Below are positions 37,600-46,228 of a stretch of 64,000 bases of DNA, one piece after another. Position 1 is the first letter of the stretch. The number at the start of each line of letters is the position of its first letter. The position numbers and the translations under genes were made by a program. The notes under the pieces are model-generated. The model was not told where the DNA came from and made no database searches. It was given only the letters and a program-made list of their open reading frames with translations. Source of the stretch: an uncultured Prevotellaceae bacterium. GTDB taxonomy: Bacteria > Bacteroidota > Bacteroidia > Bacteroidales > Bacteroidaceae. Location of the stretch: positions 22,769 through 86,768 of the forward strand of contig CAMJLB010000001.1 of the NCBI GenBank assembly GCA_946406555.1. The letters run 5' to 3'.

Positions 37600-39822
37600 T
37601 TATTTGTTGTTAGTCTTTAGGTTTTCGTTGAAGAAGTTGATGCACTGCCGGAAGAGGTGGTTGCGGGTGTTGCCGCCATAGATGCTGTGGTTTCTGTTAG
37701 TATACACCAGCTGCCGGAAGTCCTTGTCGGCCTGCACCAGTGCCTCCACATATTCAGCCGTGTTCTGGTAGTGCACGTTATCGTCGGCCAGCCCGTGCAC
37801 CAGCAGCAGGGCGCCGCTCAGCTTGTCGGCCCGTGCTATGGGGCAGACGTTGTCGTAGCCCTGACCGTTTTCCTTGGGCGTACGCATGAACCGCTCGGTG
37901 TAGACGGTGTCGTAGTATCGCCAGCAGGTGGGCGGCGCGATGGCTACGCCGGCGGCAAACACTGCCCTACCCTCGCTCATCGACATCAGCGTGTTCCAGC
38001 CGCCGTAGCTCCATCCCCAGATGCCTATGCGGCTCTTGTCGACGTAGGACTGCTGTCCCAGCCAAAGGGCGGTCTCCACCTGGTCGCGAGCCTCGAGTTC
38101 GCCCAGCCTGAGATAGGTGCACTTCTCGAAGCCGGCGCCACGGCCGCCGGTGCCACGGTTGTCGACACACACCACGATATAGCCCTGCTGGGCCAGGTAT
38201 TGCTCGAGTATGGCGCCCTGTCCGTTCATGCCTATGCCCCATTGGTCGAGCACCTGCTGCGAGCCGGGGCCGCCATACTGGTACATGATCACAGGGTAGC
38301 GCCTCGAGGGGTCGAAGTCGTGGGGCTTCACCATCCAGCCATTCAGCTGCACCTGCTCCGACGTGGTAAAGCAGAACAGCTCTTTCGTGCCCAGGTCATA
38401 CTGCGAGAGCTTCTGCTTCAGGGCGGCATTGTCGTAGAGCGTGGCGCAGAATCGGCCACCCGTTGTGAGTATGTCACACTTCGAGGGTGTCTGCAGGTTG
38501 CTCCAGGTATTGATGAAATACTTGAAACCTTTACTGAACACGGCACTGTTCACGCCGCCGTTCGTGGCCAGGGCCTGGGTCTTGCCGTTGGCGCGGCTCA
38601 CATAGATCTGGCGCACGGTGGGCGCGTCGGCATGGGGGGTGGCGGCAAAATAGAGTTCGCCGGTCTTCTCGTCGTAGCCATACACCGTGGTCACCACACC
38701 CATCTGCACCGTGCGCTGCAGCTGGCCGTTCAGGGTGTACAGGTAGATGCTGTTGTAGCCGCTGCGCTCGCTCAGCAGGGCTATGTGCTGGTCGGTCAGG
38801 CAGAGGTTGGCAAACACATTCTCGTTGATATACTTGTCTACCTTGTCTTCGATGACCTGCTGGCAGACAGTGGACAGCGGGTTGGCCATATAGACGCGCA
38901 GGCAGTCTTGGTGGCGGTTCAGAGTAAACACGGCTACCTTCGATGAGTCGCTGGTGGCGACGATGCGGGGTATGTATCCGTCAGCCTCTAAGGGCAGGTT
39001 GAGGGTGCGCGTCTGATGGCTCTTGATGTCATAGCTCAGCAGACTCAGCCGGGCGTTATCGTCGCCGGCCTTGGGGTATTTGTAGGCATAGAAGCCGGGA
39101 TAGGCGGCATATTCCTCGCGGACGGGGCTGGAGCCTTTGAACAGCTGCATGGAGTACTCCTTCACCTGCGATTCGTCGTAGCGCACCCACACAATCTGCC
39201 GCGAGTCGGCGGTGAACACCATGGCCGAGTTGAACGAGAACTCTTCTTCGTTCACCCAGTCGGGCACGCCATTGATCACCTCGTTCTTCCTGCCGTCTTT
39301 CGTCACCTGGCTCTCTGCATTGTTGTAGAGCAGCTTCACCAGCCAGATGTTGTTGTCGCGCACAAAGGCCACCTGGTTGCCGTCGGGACTCCAGATGGGT
39401 GTCTGCTGCGGCCCGCCGCTGCTCAGGGGTGTCAGCTTGTTGTTCGCCAGATTATATATGTAGTAATTGGCGGTGAACGAACGTCGGTAGATGGGCTTCG
39501 TGTCGGTCTGTATCAGCATGTTCTTGCCGTCGGGACTCATGATGTAGCCATCCACCTTGCTGATGGTTGCGCCTCGGGCCGTTGCCACGTCGAAGATCAC
39601 GCCGAGCTGCTTGCCGGTCTTAAACGCGCTCTTCGTCACCTGCTTGCCATCGGCCGAAATCTGGGCATACGTCTCACCGTCGGCCAAAGGCTTGGCGGCG
39701 GGAATGCTTTCGCCACGGAAGGTGCCTGCCGTAATATCTTTTAACACCAAGTTTTGTCCTGCCATCGTTTGTGTTGCAGCCATGAAAAAAAAGGCTGCAC
39801 ATACTAAAAATGTTTTTCTCAT
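37600..39822 (-). CDS. Dipeptidyl peptidase IV (S9B)
   Basis: GVPDWVNEEE, YPKAG, GWSYGG, DDNVH and NHSI (catalytic triad) motifs; start MRKTF. Confidence 0.92.
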   Translation of the reverse strand: MRKTFLVCAAFFFMAATQTMAGQNLVLKDITAGTFRGESIPAAKPLADGETYAQISADGKQVTKSAFKTGKQLGVIFDVATARGATISKVDGYIMSPDGKNMLIQTDTKPIYRRSFTANYYIYNLANNKLTPLSSGGPQQTPIWSPDGNQVAFVRDNNIWLVKLLYNNAESQVTKDGRKNEVINGVPDWVNEEEFSFNSAMVFTADSRQIVWVRYDESQVKEYSMQLFKGSSPVREEYAAYPGFYAYKYPKAGDDNARLSLLSYDIKSHQTRTLNLPLEADGYIPRIVATSDSSKVAVFTLNRHQDCLRVYMANPLSTVCQQVIEDKVDKYINENVFANLCLTDQHIALLSERSGYNSIYLYTLNGQLQRTVQMGVVTTVYGYDEKTGELYFAATPHADAPTVRQIYVSRANGKTQALATNGGVNSAVFSKGFKYFINTWSNLQTPSKCDILTTGGRFCATLYDNAALKQKLSQYDLGTKELFCFTTSEQVQLNGWMVKPHDFDPSRRYPVIMYQYGGPGSQQVLDQWGIGMNGQGAILEQYLAQQGYIVVCVDNRGTGGRGAGFEKCTYLRLGELEARDQVETALWLGQQSYVDKSRIGIWGWSYGGWNTLMSMSEGRAVFAAGVAIAPPTCWRYYDTVYTERFMRTPKENGQGYDNVCPIARADKLSGALLLVHGLADDNVHYQNTAEYVEALVQADKDFRQLVYTNRNHSIYGGNTRNHLFRQCINFFNENLKTNNK

Positions 39823-39846
39823 ATGTCTCTTTTTCTTTATCACGTG

Positions 39847-39854
39847 CAAAATTA
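39847..39854 (-). promoter_or_regulatory. -7 promoter element of the DPP-IV/GH105/GH2 operon
   Basis: TAATTTTGCA on the minus strand. Confidence 0.55.
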
Positions 39855-40040
39855 TTACTTTTTTTCCAAAAATCCTAATTTCATTAAAGGCTTTTTCGAT
39901 TCAGCAAGACATTTTATATTACCTACACTCCAGAATGAAACGAATGTGAATCATTCTTCTCACAGACAACAATAATCATCATTCATATTCGCGAAACAAC
40001 TATCCACATTACACATTCATTCCTCTTGGAAAGAAAGGCA

Positions 40041-40149
40041 TGCAAAACAGGCTGGATTGGAATGCAAAACAGGCTGAATTAGCATGCAAAACAGGCTGAA
40101 TTGCGACCTAATACAGGCTGAATTGCGACCTAATACAGGCTGAATTGCA
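40041..40149. repeat. Tandem array of five 22-bp units with an ACAGGCTGRATT core
   Basis: Cores start at 40047, 40069, 40091, 40113 and 40135, an exact 22-bp period. Confidence 0.9.
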
Positions 40150-40357
40150 TAGATGCTAGCTTGGCGGGGCAATTTGTTTTCAAGTTTATAGAGGAAAGGT
40201 ACAAAGTCTGTTTGCCTGGCAATGAAAAAGCAGGAAAAACTCATCCTGCAATTTGAGCCATAGAACCCCTACCACTTGAAAATATCCTGCAAAATGAGCT
40301 ATACGCCCAATTTTCAATTCTAAATTCTCAATTAATATGCCCATGGCGGGCGAACAT

Positions 40358-40390
40358 AAAAGTGCCGCAGTTCAGGACGAACTGCGGCAC
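40358..40390 (-). terminator. Intrinsic terminator of the OmpA-like gene
   Basis: 12-bp stem GTGCCGCAGTTC/GAACTGCGGCAC, with a U-tract on the minus strand. Confidence 0.78.
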
Positions 40391-40415
40391 ACAAGTAAAA
40401 AACGTAGAGGACTTT

Positions 40416-41591
40416 TTACTTTGTTTCGAATACAGCCACGCGGTTGAACTCAACCTTGTCGAACACCTTGTCGGTAGGACCACAGCCCTTCACATCGAGA
40501 CGGTCGGCGCTGATGCCATACTGCTTCACGAGCTGATCTTTCACGGCAGCTGCACGAGCCTCGGAGAGGCGCTGGTTCAGCTTTGCACCGCCCTCAGGCG
40601 AGGCATAGCCGTTAATCTGCACACGTGCGCTGGGGTTCTCCTTCAGGTATTTTGCCACGAGCTGCACGTTCAACTGCTGCTGCTTTTCTATGCGGCTGCT
40701 TCCCTGCTTGAAGAGCACTGCGGGAGTGATACCAGTTGCCACAACCTTCTCAACAGTAGCGGGCTTCTTCTTGCAAGCCTCAAGCTCCGAACGCAGCTGG
40801 GCGATGGTCTTGTTGTTGGCATCGATCTGGCGGTCCTTAGAATCGGCTACACCACGCAGCTCGTTGATGTTGGCGTTCAGGGCATCAATCTCGGCCTGGT
40901 CGCGGAAGGCACCGGTCACGAAATTGTGAGTACCGTTAGAGTTACCAAACTTGTAGTTCACACCCACGAGCAACTGCAAGGCCGAAGCGTTGATGTTGAA
41001 CATGTTGCGCTTCTGGTCGACAGTGGTCACACGATGACAATAGTCAGAACGGTAGTCACCATCCAGATCGTACAGAATGGCGGGCTCCAGATAAATCTGC
41101 CATGCCTTAGCCTTACCCAGGTTGAACATGAAGTCGAGACCCAGCTTGGCTGTGAGCATGTTCTTATCAGCACCCTCGGGCATACCGAACACATGATTCC
41201 AGCCCAGACCAGTTATTGTTCCAATCTCGAAGGGACGAGGCGTACCCTTGTAGCCACCAAACCAGTTGCTCAGGTTCAGGGTACCAAAGAGATTCACGTT
41301 CAAGGCCTTCACGAACGTCTTCGTATCAAGGAAGCTCTTATCGTTGAAATAAGCCAGACCTTCAACGCCCCAGCCTACGACAGGAGTCCAGTTGCGGCCA
41401 ATACGGATACCTGCCTCGGGGTTCACATTCTTCAGCATTGCATTGTGTGTGGTCTTTGTACTTACGCCAGCTGCTATACCCATATACCAGTTGTCGGAAG
41501 TTTTCGAATCATACACAGCATTCCCTTGTTGTGCAAATGCTGCCTGTGCCGAAAGGGCTACGGCAGCCATCGAAAGTAACAATTTCTTCAT
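40416..41591 (-). CDS. OmpA-family outer-membrane protein (beta-barrel plus OmpA_C)
   Basis: Signal peptide, N-terminal barrel, and GYASPEG....N..LSEARA and FNRVA motifs. Confidence 0.9.
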   Translation of the reverse strand: MKKLLLSMAAVALSAQAAFAQQGNAVYDSKTSDNWYMGIAAGVSTKTTHNAMLKNVNPEAGIRIGRNWTPVVGWGVEGLAYFNDKSFLDTKTFVKALNVNLFGTLNLSNWFGGYKGTPRPFEIGTITGLGWNHVFGMPEGADKNMLTAKLGLDFMFNLGKAKAWQIYLEPAILYDLDGDYRSDYCHRVTTVDQKRNMFNINASALQLLVGVNYKFGNSNGTHNFVTGAFRDQAEIDALNANINELRGVADSKDRQIDANNKTIAQLRSELEACKKKPATVEKVVATGITPAVLFKQGSSRIEKQQQLNVQLVAKYLKENPSARVQINGYASPEGGAKLNQRLSEARAAAVKDQLVKQYGISADRLDVKGCGPTDKVFDKVEFNRVAVFETK

Positions 41592-41635
41592 CTCTTAAAA
41601 ATTTAATAAAACATATAATTGTTAAAATTTTGGTG

Positions 41636-41684
41636 CAAAGATAGTAAAAAAAAACGATTGTATCAATTTTTTTTGTTAATTTTG
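41636..41684. promoter_or_regulatory. Divergent -7 elements for the ompA-like gene (-) and cobS (+)
   Basis: TATCTTTG on the minus strand at 41636-41643; TAATTTTG on the plus strand at 41677-41684. Confidence 0.55.
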
Positions 41685-41791
41685 CAGAATATAAGGCAAA
41701 TAATTAGTATAACACAAGAAATTAGTCCCATTTTAGGGCATTTTCTGAGAAAAAAGGAATATATGTTAACGGAAACACTGTATAAATATTT

Positions 41792-42592
41792 ATGGAAGTA
41801 AGCATTGACCGCACCCGATGGTACGACCGCCTCATGGCGGCCTTCATATTTTTCACACGCCTGCCTTTCTGGCGTATGTATCAGCCTCCCAAAGAGGCCT
41901 ACACCGCTGTAGTAGAGTACTGGCCGATGGTGGGGTGGCTCACAGGTTCGGCGATGGCCGCCATACTCTATTTCGGAGCTTATGTCCTGCCCTACCCTGT
42001 GGCTGTGATGTTAGCCATTGCTACACGCATGTTGCTCACTGGGGCGCTTCATGAAGACGGTCTTGCCGACTTCTTCGATGGTTTCGGTGGCGGCGGAACC
42101 GACCGTCAGCGCATTCTCGACATCATGAAAGACTCGCGGATAGGCACCTATGGGGTGCTGGGGCTAACGATATATGCGGCCATGCTCTTCGCCACCCTTT
42201 ATTCACTGCCTCCCTTTTATGCTGCCCTAACCATTCTGGCCGCCGACCCCTTTGCCAAGATGGCCACCAGCCAGATTGTGATGATGATGCCCTACGCCCG
42301 AAACGAAGCTACCGCCAAGGCACGTGTGGTCTACAGGCGTATGGGCATCAAGGCCGGTATAGGTCTCGCCTTGCAAGGCATGCTCCCCATGGCAGCTTAT
42401 TGCTACTATCTGGGCGGAATCATTGACTGGCAGTTGATCATTTTCCTGCCCTGCCTCACCATGTATTTCCTTTACCTATTTATATTGCACCGCCTGAGAG
42501 GCTACACCGGCGACTGCTGCGGTGCCATGTTTCTTCTCGTAGAACTTTCGGTATATCTGGTGGCATGCCACTTTTTGCAAGCTGTCGGCTGA
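41792..42592 (+). CDS. cobS: Adenosylcobinamide-GDP ribazoletransferase
   Basis: FFTRLP, TGALHEDGLADFFDG, IMKDSRIGTYG and GYTGDCCGA motifs. Confidence 0.93.
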   Translation: MEVSIDRTRWYDRLMAAFIFFTRLPFWRMYQPPKEAYTAVVEYWPMVGWLTGSAMAAILYFGAYVLPYPVAVMLAIATRMLLTGALHEDGLADFFDGFGGGGTDRQRILDIMKDSRIGTYGVLGLTIYAAMLFATLYSLPPFYAALTILAADPFAKMATSQIVMMMPYARNEATAKARVVYRRMGIKAGIGLALQGMLPMAAYCYYLGGIIDWQLIIFLPCLTMYFLYLFILHRLRGYTGDCCGAMFLLVELSVYLVACHFLQAVG

Positions 42593-42599
42593 GTCGGCG

Positions 42600-43349
42600 T
42601 CAACGCAGGTCGAGTTCTACAGGGCAGTGGTCTGAACCCATGATGGCCGTGTGTATCTTCGCGTCGGCCACCCTGGGCATTAGCCGCTTGCTCACCACGA
42701 AATAGTCGATGCGCCAGCCTGCGTTCTTTTGCCGTGCCTGAAAGCGGTATGACCACCATGAATAGGTCACCTCGTCAGGATAGAGGGTGCGGAAGGTGTC
42801 GCAGAAGCCGCACGATAGCCAGCGCGAGAACTTTTCTCGCTCCTCGTCGGTGAAGCCTGCATTGCGGCGATTGCTCTTCGGGTTCTTGATGTCTATCTCT
42901 TCGTGAGCCACGTTTAGGTCGCCACAAACAATGACGGGTTTCTGACCGTCGAGCCACTGCAGATAGGCAAGGAAGTCATCTTCCCAGCGCATGCGGTAGT
43001 CGAGGCGTTTCAACCCGTCTTGCGAATTAGGCACGTAGACGGTCACGAGGAAGAAATCTTCATATTCCAGCGTAATCACCCGCCCCTCGTGGTCGTGCTC
43101 ATCTATACCGATGCCCATTGTCGTCGCCAGCGGCTTCCGACGAGTAAAGATGGCGGTGCCGCTGTAGCCTTTCTTCTCCGCCGAGTTCCAGTACGACTCG
43201 TAGCCCTCAAAATGCATGTCGAGCTGCCCCGGCTGCATCTTCGTCTCTTGCAGACAGAAGAAGTCGGCATCCAGCTGACGGAATACATCACTGAACCCTT
43301 TGCCCTCGCAAGCACGGAGGCCATTCACATTCCAACTGATAAGTTTCAT
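42600..43349 (-). CDS. xth: Exodeoxyribonuclease III
   Basis: SWNVNGLR, LQETK, GDLNVAH, GWRIDY and GSDHCP motifs. Confidence 0.95.
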   Translation of the reverse strand: MKLISWNVNGLRACEGKGFSDVFRQLDADFFCLQETKMQPGQLDMHFEGYESYWNSAEKKGYSGTAIFTRRKPLATTMGIGIDEHDHEGRVITLEYEDFFLVTVYVPNSQDGLKRLDYRMRWEDDFLAYLQWLDGQKPVIVCGDLNVAHEEIDIKNPKSNRRNAGFTDEEREKFSRWLSCGFCDTFRTLYPDEVTYSWWSYRFQARQKNAGWRIDYFVVSKRLMPRVADAKIHTAIMGSDHCPVELDLR

Positions 43350-43392
43350 ACACAAAAAATCCTTGTTCTTATTATCATATTATAAAAACGCC

Positions 43393-44097
43393 TCAGGCGC
43401 CTTTCGTTAACTCTACCATCTTTGAAGGACAAGCTTTGACACATTTACCGCATTTCAGGCAATCTGTATGCAGAAAGCCTAACTGCTTCCCCCGGCACTG
43501 ATAGGGCGTGAGCTGCATCGGACACACCCTGGCGCACATTTTGCACTTCTCGTTGCAATTATTGCTTACATGGACATTGGTAAAAGCCTTTGGCAGCGGT
43601 GCTTTTTGGGGTGCCACCCAAGACGAAAGCGTCCCCATGGGACAAAACGAGCACCACGTTCGTGGAGCATAGATGAAGGAAAGTACGATGCCAACAACGG
43701 TAGTGAGCACTATTATCGTCCAAAACACGCGGCCAATGTCGCCCCACAAGGCCAGCCCTCCTTCATTCCACCTTGCCCTACTGAGCTGGATGCCGAACAT
43801 GGAAAAGATAAAGAACAGCATAAACAGACGGAAACCGAAAGAACGCGCGAACCGAGGTATGGGTTTGTGAGGCGAATATCTTGAGAGCAGCCGATCGTAC
43901 ATGTTTCCACGTGGACAAACATGCCCACACCAATAACGACCTCGCCATAAAGAGGTGAGAACAGGACCTATCATACAAATCAAGGCAAGCAATCCAATTA
44001 CAGGATAAAACCAACCGATAATGATATAGGCAATGATAATCCAAAAGAGCTGTGGCCCCTTAGTGGCAAAATGCCGATGAAATCGTTTTTCTACCAT
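43393..44097 (-). CDS. Membrane 4Fe-4S-binding protein (NapH/YccM-like)
   Basis: Two CxxxCP motifs, TM helices, and C-terminal ferredoxin-type Cys motifs (CLKCGKCVKACP). Confidence 0.85.
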   Translation of the reverse strand: MVEKRFHRHFATKGPQLFWIIIAYIIIGWFYPVIGLLALICMIGPVLTSLWRGRYWCGHVCPRGNMYDRLLSRYSPHKPIPRFARSFGFRLFMLFFIFSMFGIQLSRARWNEGGLALWGDIGRVFWTIIVLTTVVGIVLSFIYAPRTWCSFCPMGTLSSWVAPQKAPLPKAFTNVHVSNNCNEKCKMCARVCPMQLTPYQCRGKQLGFLHTDCLKCGKCVKACPSKMVELTKGA

Positions 44098-44108
44098 TAT
44101 TTAAAAAT

Positions 44109-44591
44109 TTAATCTTCTGCTTTACTGCTCAGATATGTTGCAAAGATGCGGGCCGCGCTCTCTACCTTTGCGGCACAAGGACGCTTTTTATAATATTCTG
44201 CCGTGCGTGGCGAAGCTACATAGCTCGACTGCGCTTTTTCATAGCCTTTTAGCCCCAGAATCTCGGCACAGATAAGACTACCGTTTTCTTCTTTCGACTT
44301 TGCAAGCAGTTCCTGCACCACCTTATAACATGCCGACTTGCCGTCGCGGTCACTACCTTCTGTCTGTCCACAGTCTAGGCCCACAAGCATCACGATACCC
44401 GAGACGGCACCGCACATCATACGCATACGCCCCACTCCGCCGCCGAATCCTGCGGCTATCCTCTTTGCCATCATATCGTCGAGCCCATACAGGTCGGCAA
44501 AAGCAGACACCACACTCTGGCAACAGCCATAACCCGCCATGAAATTTTCTACGGCACGGTTCACACGCTCATCTAATTCTTCATCTGTCAT
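44109..44591 (-). CDS. C_GCAxxG_C_C family putative redox protein
   Basis: CCQSV, GFGGG, CGAVSG, IC and C motifs. Confidence 0.85.
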   Translation of the reverse strand: MTDEELDERVNRAVENFMAGYGCCQSVVSAFADLYGLDDMMAKRIAAGFGGGVGRMRMMCGAVSGIVMLVGLDCGQTEGSDRDGKSACYKVVQELLAKSKEENGSLICAEILGLKGYEKAQSSYVASPRTAEYYKKRPCAAKVESAARIFATYLSSKAED

Positions 44592-44616
44592 ACCTATAAT
44601 GTTATAAATTAAAAAC

Positions 44617-46185
44617 TTATTGTTTCTCTACCATGTTCAGCATCTTGATGGTGGCCTTAATGGCAGCTTCGGTCTGGTCGGCATCCAAACCTCTTGTGCG
44701 CAGAAGCCGTCCATCATCTCTGCGCCAAGTGATGACCGTCTGTACCAAGGCATCGGTACGGCCACCTGGCGGTATGGTAACGGCATAGTTCTCAAGTAGA
44801 GGAAATGTACGGTCGAGATACATTTTGTAAATCTTTCGCAAGGCTTTTACAAATGCATCGTACTGGCCATCACCCGAAGAATGCCCCTCATATTGACTAC
44901 CGCCAATTTCCACTTTTACATTTGCTAAAGGCTTTAAGCCATAAGCAAGTGATACTTGGTAGCTTACAAGCTTGACTTTATCTTCTTCTACATCATGCTT
45001 GAGCACATCGTTCACGATGAACGGAAGATCGTCCTGGGTCACAACTTCTTTACGGTCGCCCAACTCGGTAATACGCTTAGTGACGCGCTGGGTTTGCTCA
45101 GGCGTGAGTTCCAAACCTAATTCTTGTAAGTTGCGGGCTATGTTAGCTCGCCCACTGGTTTTCCCCATGGCATACTCACGACGGCGGCCAAAGCGTTCTG
45201 GCATCAAGGCATTATGATAGAGATTGCCTTTTTGGTCGCCATCGGCATGCACGCCAGCCACCTGAGTGAACACATTGTCGCCGATGATGGGCTGATTGGG
45301 CGCAATAGAAATACCGCTATAGCTCTCCACCAAACGGCTGATGTCATTCAGCTTGTTTTCCACAATATTGGTACGGGCATTAAAATGGTCTTTCAGAATC
45401 ACTTGCACACTCGAAAGTGGTGCATTTCCGCAGCGCTCGCCCAAGCCGTTTACAGTAACATGAAGTCCGCGCGCACCACTCAATGCGGCTGCCAACGAGT
45501 TCGAAACGGCCAGATCGTAGTCGTTGTGGGCATGGAAATCGAAGTGAACATGTGGATAGCGTTTCAACATCTTTCGGAAATATTCTATCACCTGCAATGG
45601 ATTCATGATGCCAAGTGTATCGGGAAGCATGAAGCGGCGAATGGCACCTTCCCCCATACTGGTGAGGGCGTCCATGAGTTGGTAGACATACGCTGGAGAA
45701 TCTTTCATGCCGTCAGACCAGTCTTCTAAATAAAGGTTTATTCCTATTCCTTGGCTCATGGCATAGTCTACCACTGCCTTGATGTCGGCAAAATGCTCTT
45801 CTGGCTTCTTCTTTAGCTGTTCCGTGCAATGCTTTAGCGAGCCTTTTGCCAGCAGATTCATGGTACATGCCCCCGCCTGCTTGATCCAGTCTACCGACGC
45901 ACGCCCATCAACAAATCCAAGCACCTCTACACTTTCAAGGCGGCCAATCTGCCGGGCGTAGCGACAGATCATCTTTACTGCTTCCATTTCGCCGTCGGAT
46001 ACACGGGCAGACCCCACTTCTATGCGGTCAACATTAAGGTCTCGCAGCAGCATCCGTGCAATCATTAGTTTCTCGTGCGGCAGAAACGACACTCCACTGG
46101 TCTGCTCGCCATCACGTAGTGTCGAATCCATTATCTCCACAAAAGGAGACATTCGCTGTTCTGTCTTGTCTGCACTATTGTTCAT
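44617..46185 (-). CDS. cimA: Citramalate synthase (isopropylmalate synthase family)
   Basis: DSTLRDGEQTSGVSF, HAHND and GLGERCGN motifs; LeuA-type regulatory domain with GDGQYDAF. Confidence 0.75.
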   Translation of the reverse strand: MNNSADKTEQRMSPFVEIMDSTLRDGEQTSGVSFLPHEKLMIARMLLRDLNVDRIEVGSARVSDGEMEAVKMICRYARQIGRLESVEVLGFVDGRASVDWIKQAGACTMNLLAKGSLKHCTEQLKKKPEEHFADIKAVVDYAMSQGIGINLYLEDWSDGMKDSPAYVYQLMDALTSMGEGAIRRFMLPDTLGIMNPLQVIEYFRKMLKRYPHVHFDFHAHNDYDLAVSNSLAAALSGARGLHVTVNGLGERCGNAPLSSVQVILKDHFNARTNIVENKLNDISRLVESYSGISIAPNQPIIGDNVFTQVAGVHADGDQKGNLYHNALMPERFGRRREYAMGKTSGRANIARNLQELGLELTPEQTQRVTKRITELGDRKEVVTQDDLPFIVNDVLKHDVEEDKVKLVSYQVSLAYGLKPLANVKVEIGGSQYEGHSSGDGQYDAFVKALRKIYKMYLDRTFPLLENYAVTIPPGGRTDALVQTVITWRRDDGRLLRTRGLDADQTEAAIKATIKMLNMVEKQ

Positions 46186-46228
46186 TTTCAGTCTAATCTT
46201 GTTTTTGCTTGTTTTTATACTATTTTTA

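Noticed and set aside
37600-39822. DPP-IV as a target or self-resistance gene for an NRPS peptide aldehyde
   Set aside because: It is 10 kb away, beyond housekeeping genes, has a canonical active site, and is common in Bacteroidales.
40041-40149. Possible CRISPR array
   Set aside because: The units are directly tandem with a 22-bp period, there are no unique spacers, and no cas genes are present.
41684-41791. Cobalamin riboswitch upstream of cobS
   Set aside because: The leader is short and AT-rich, with no B12-box or conserved core motifs.
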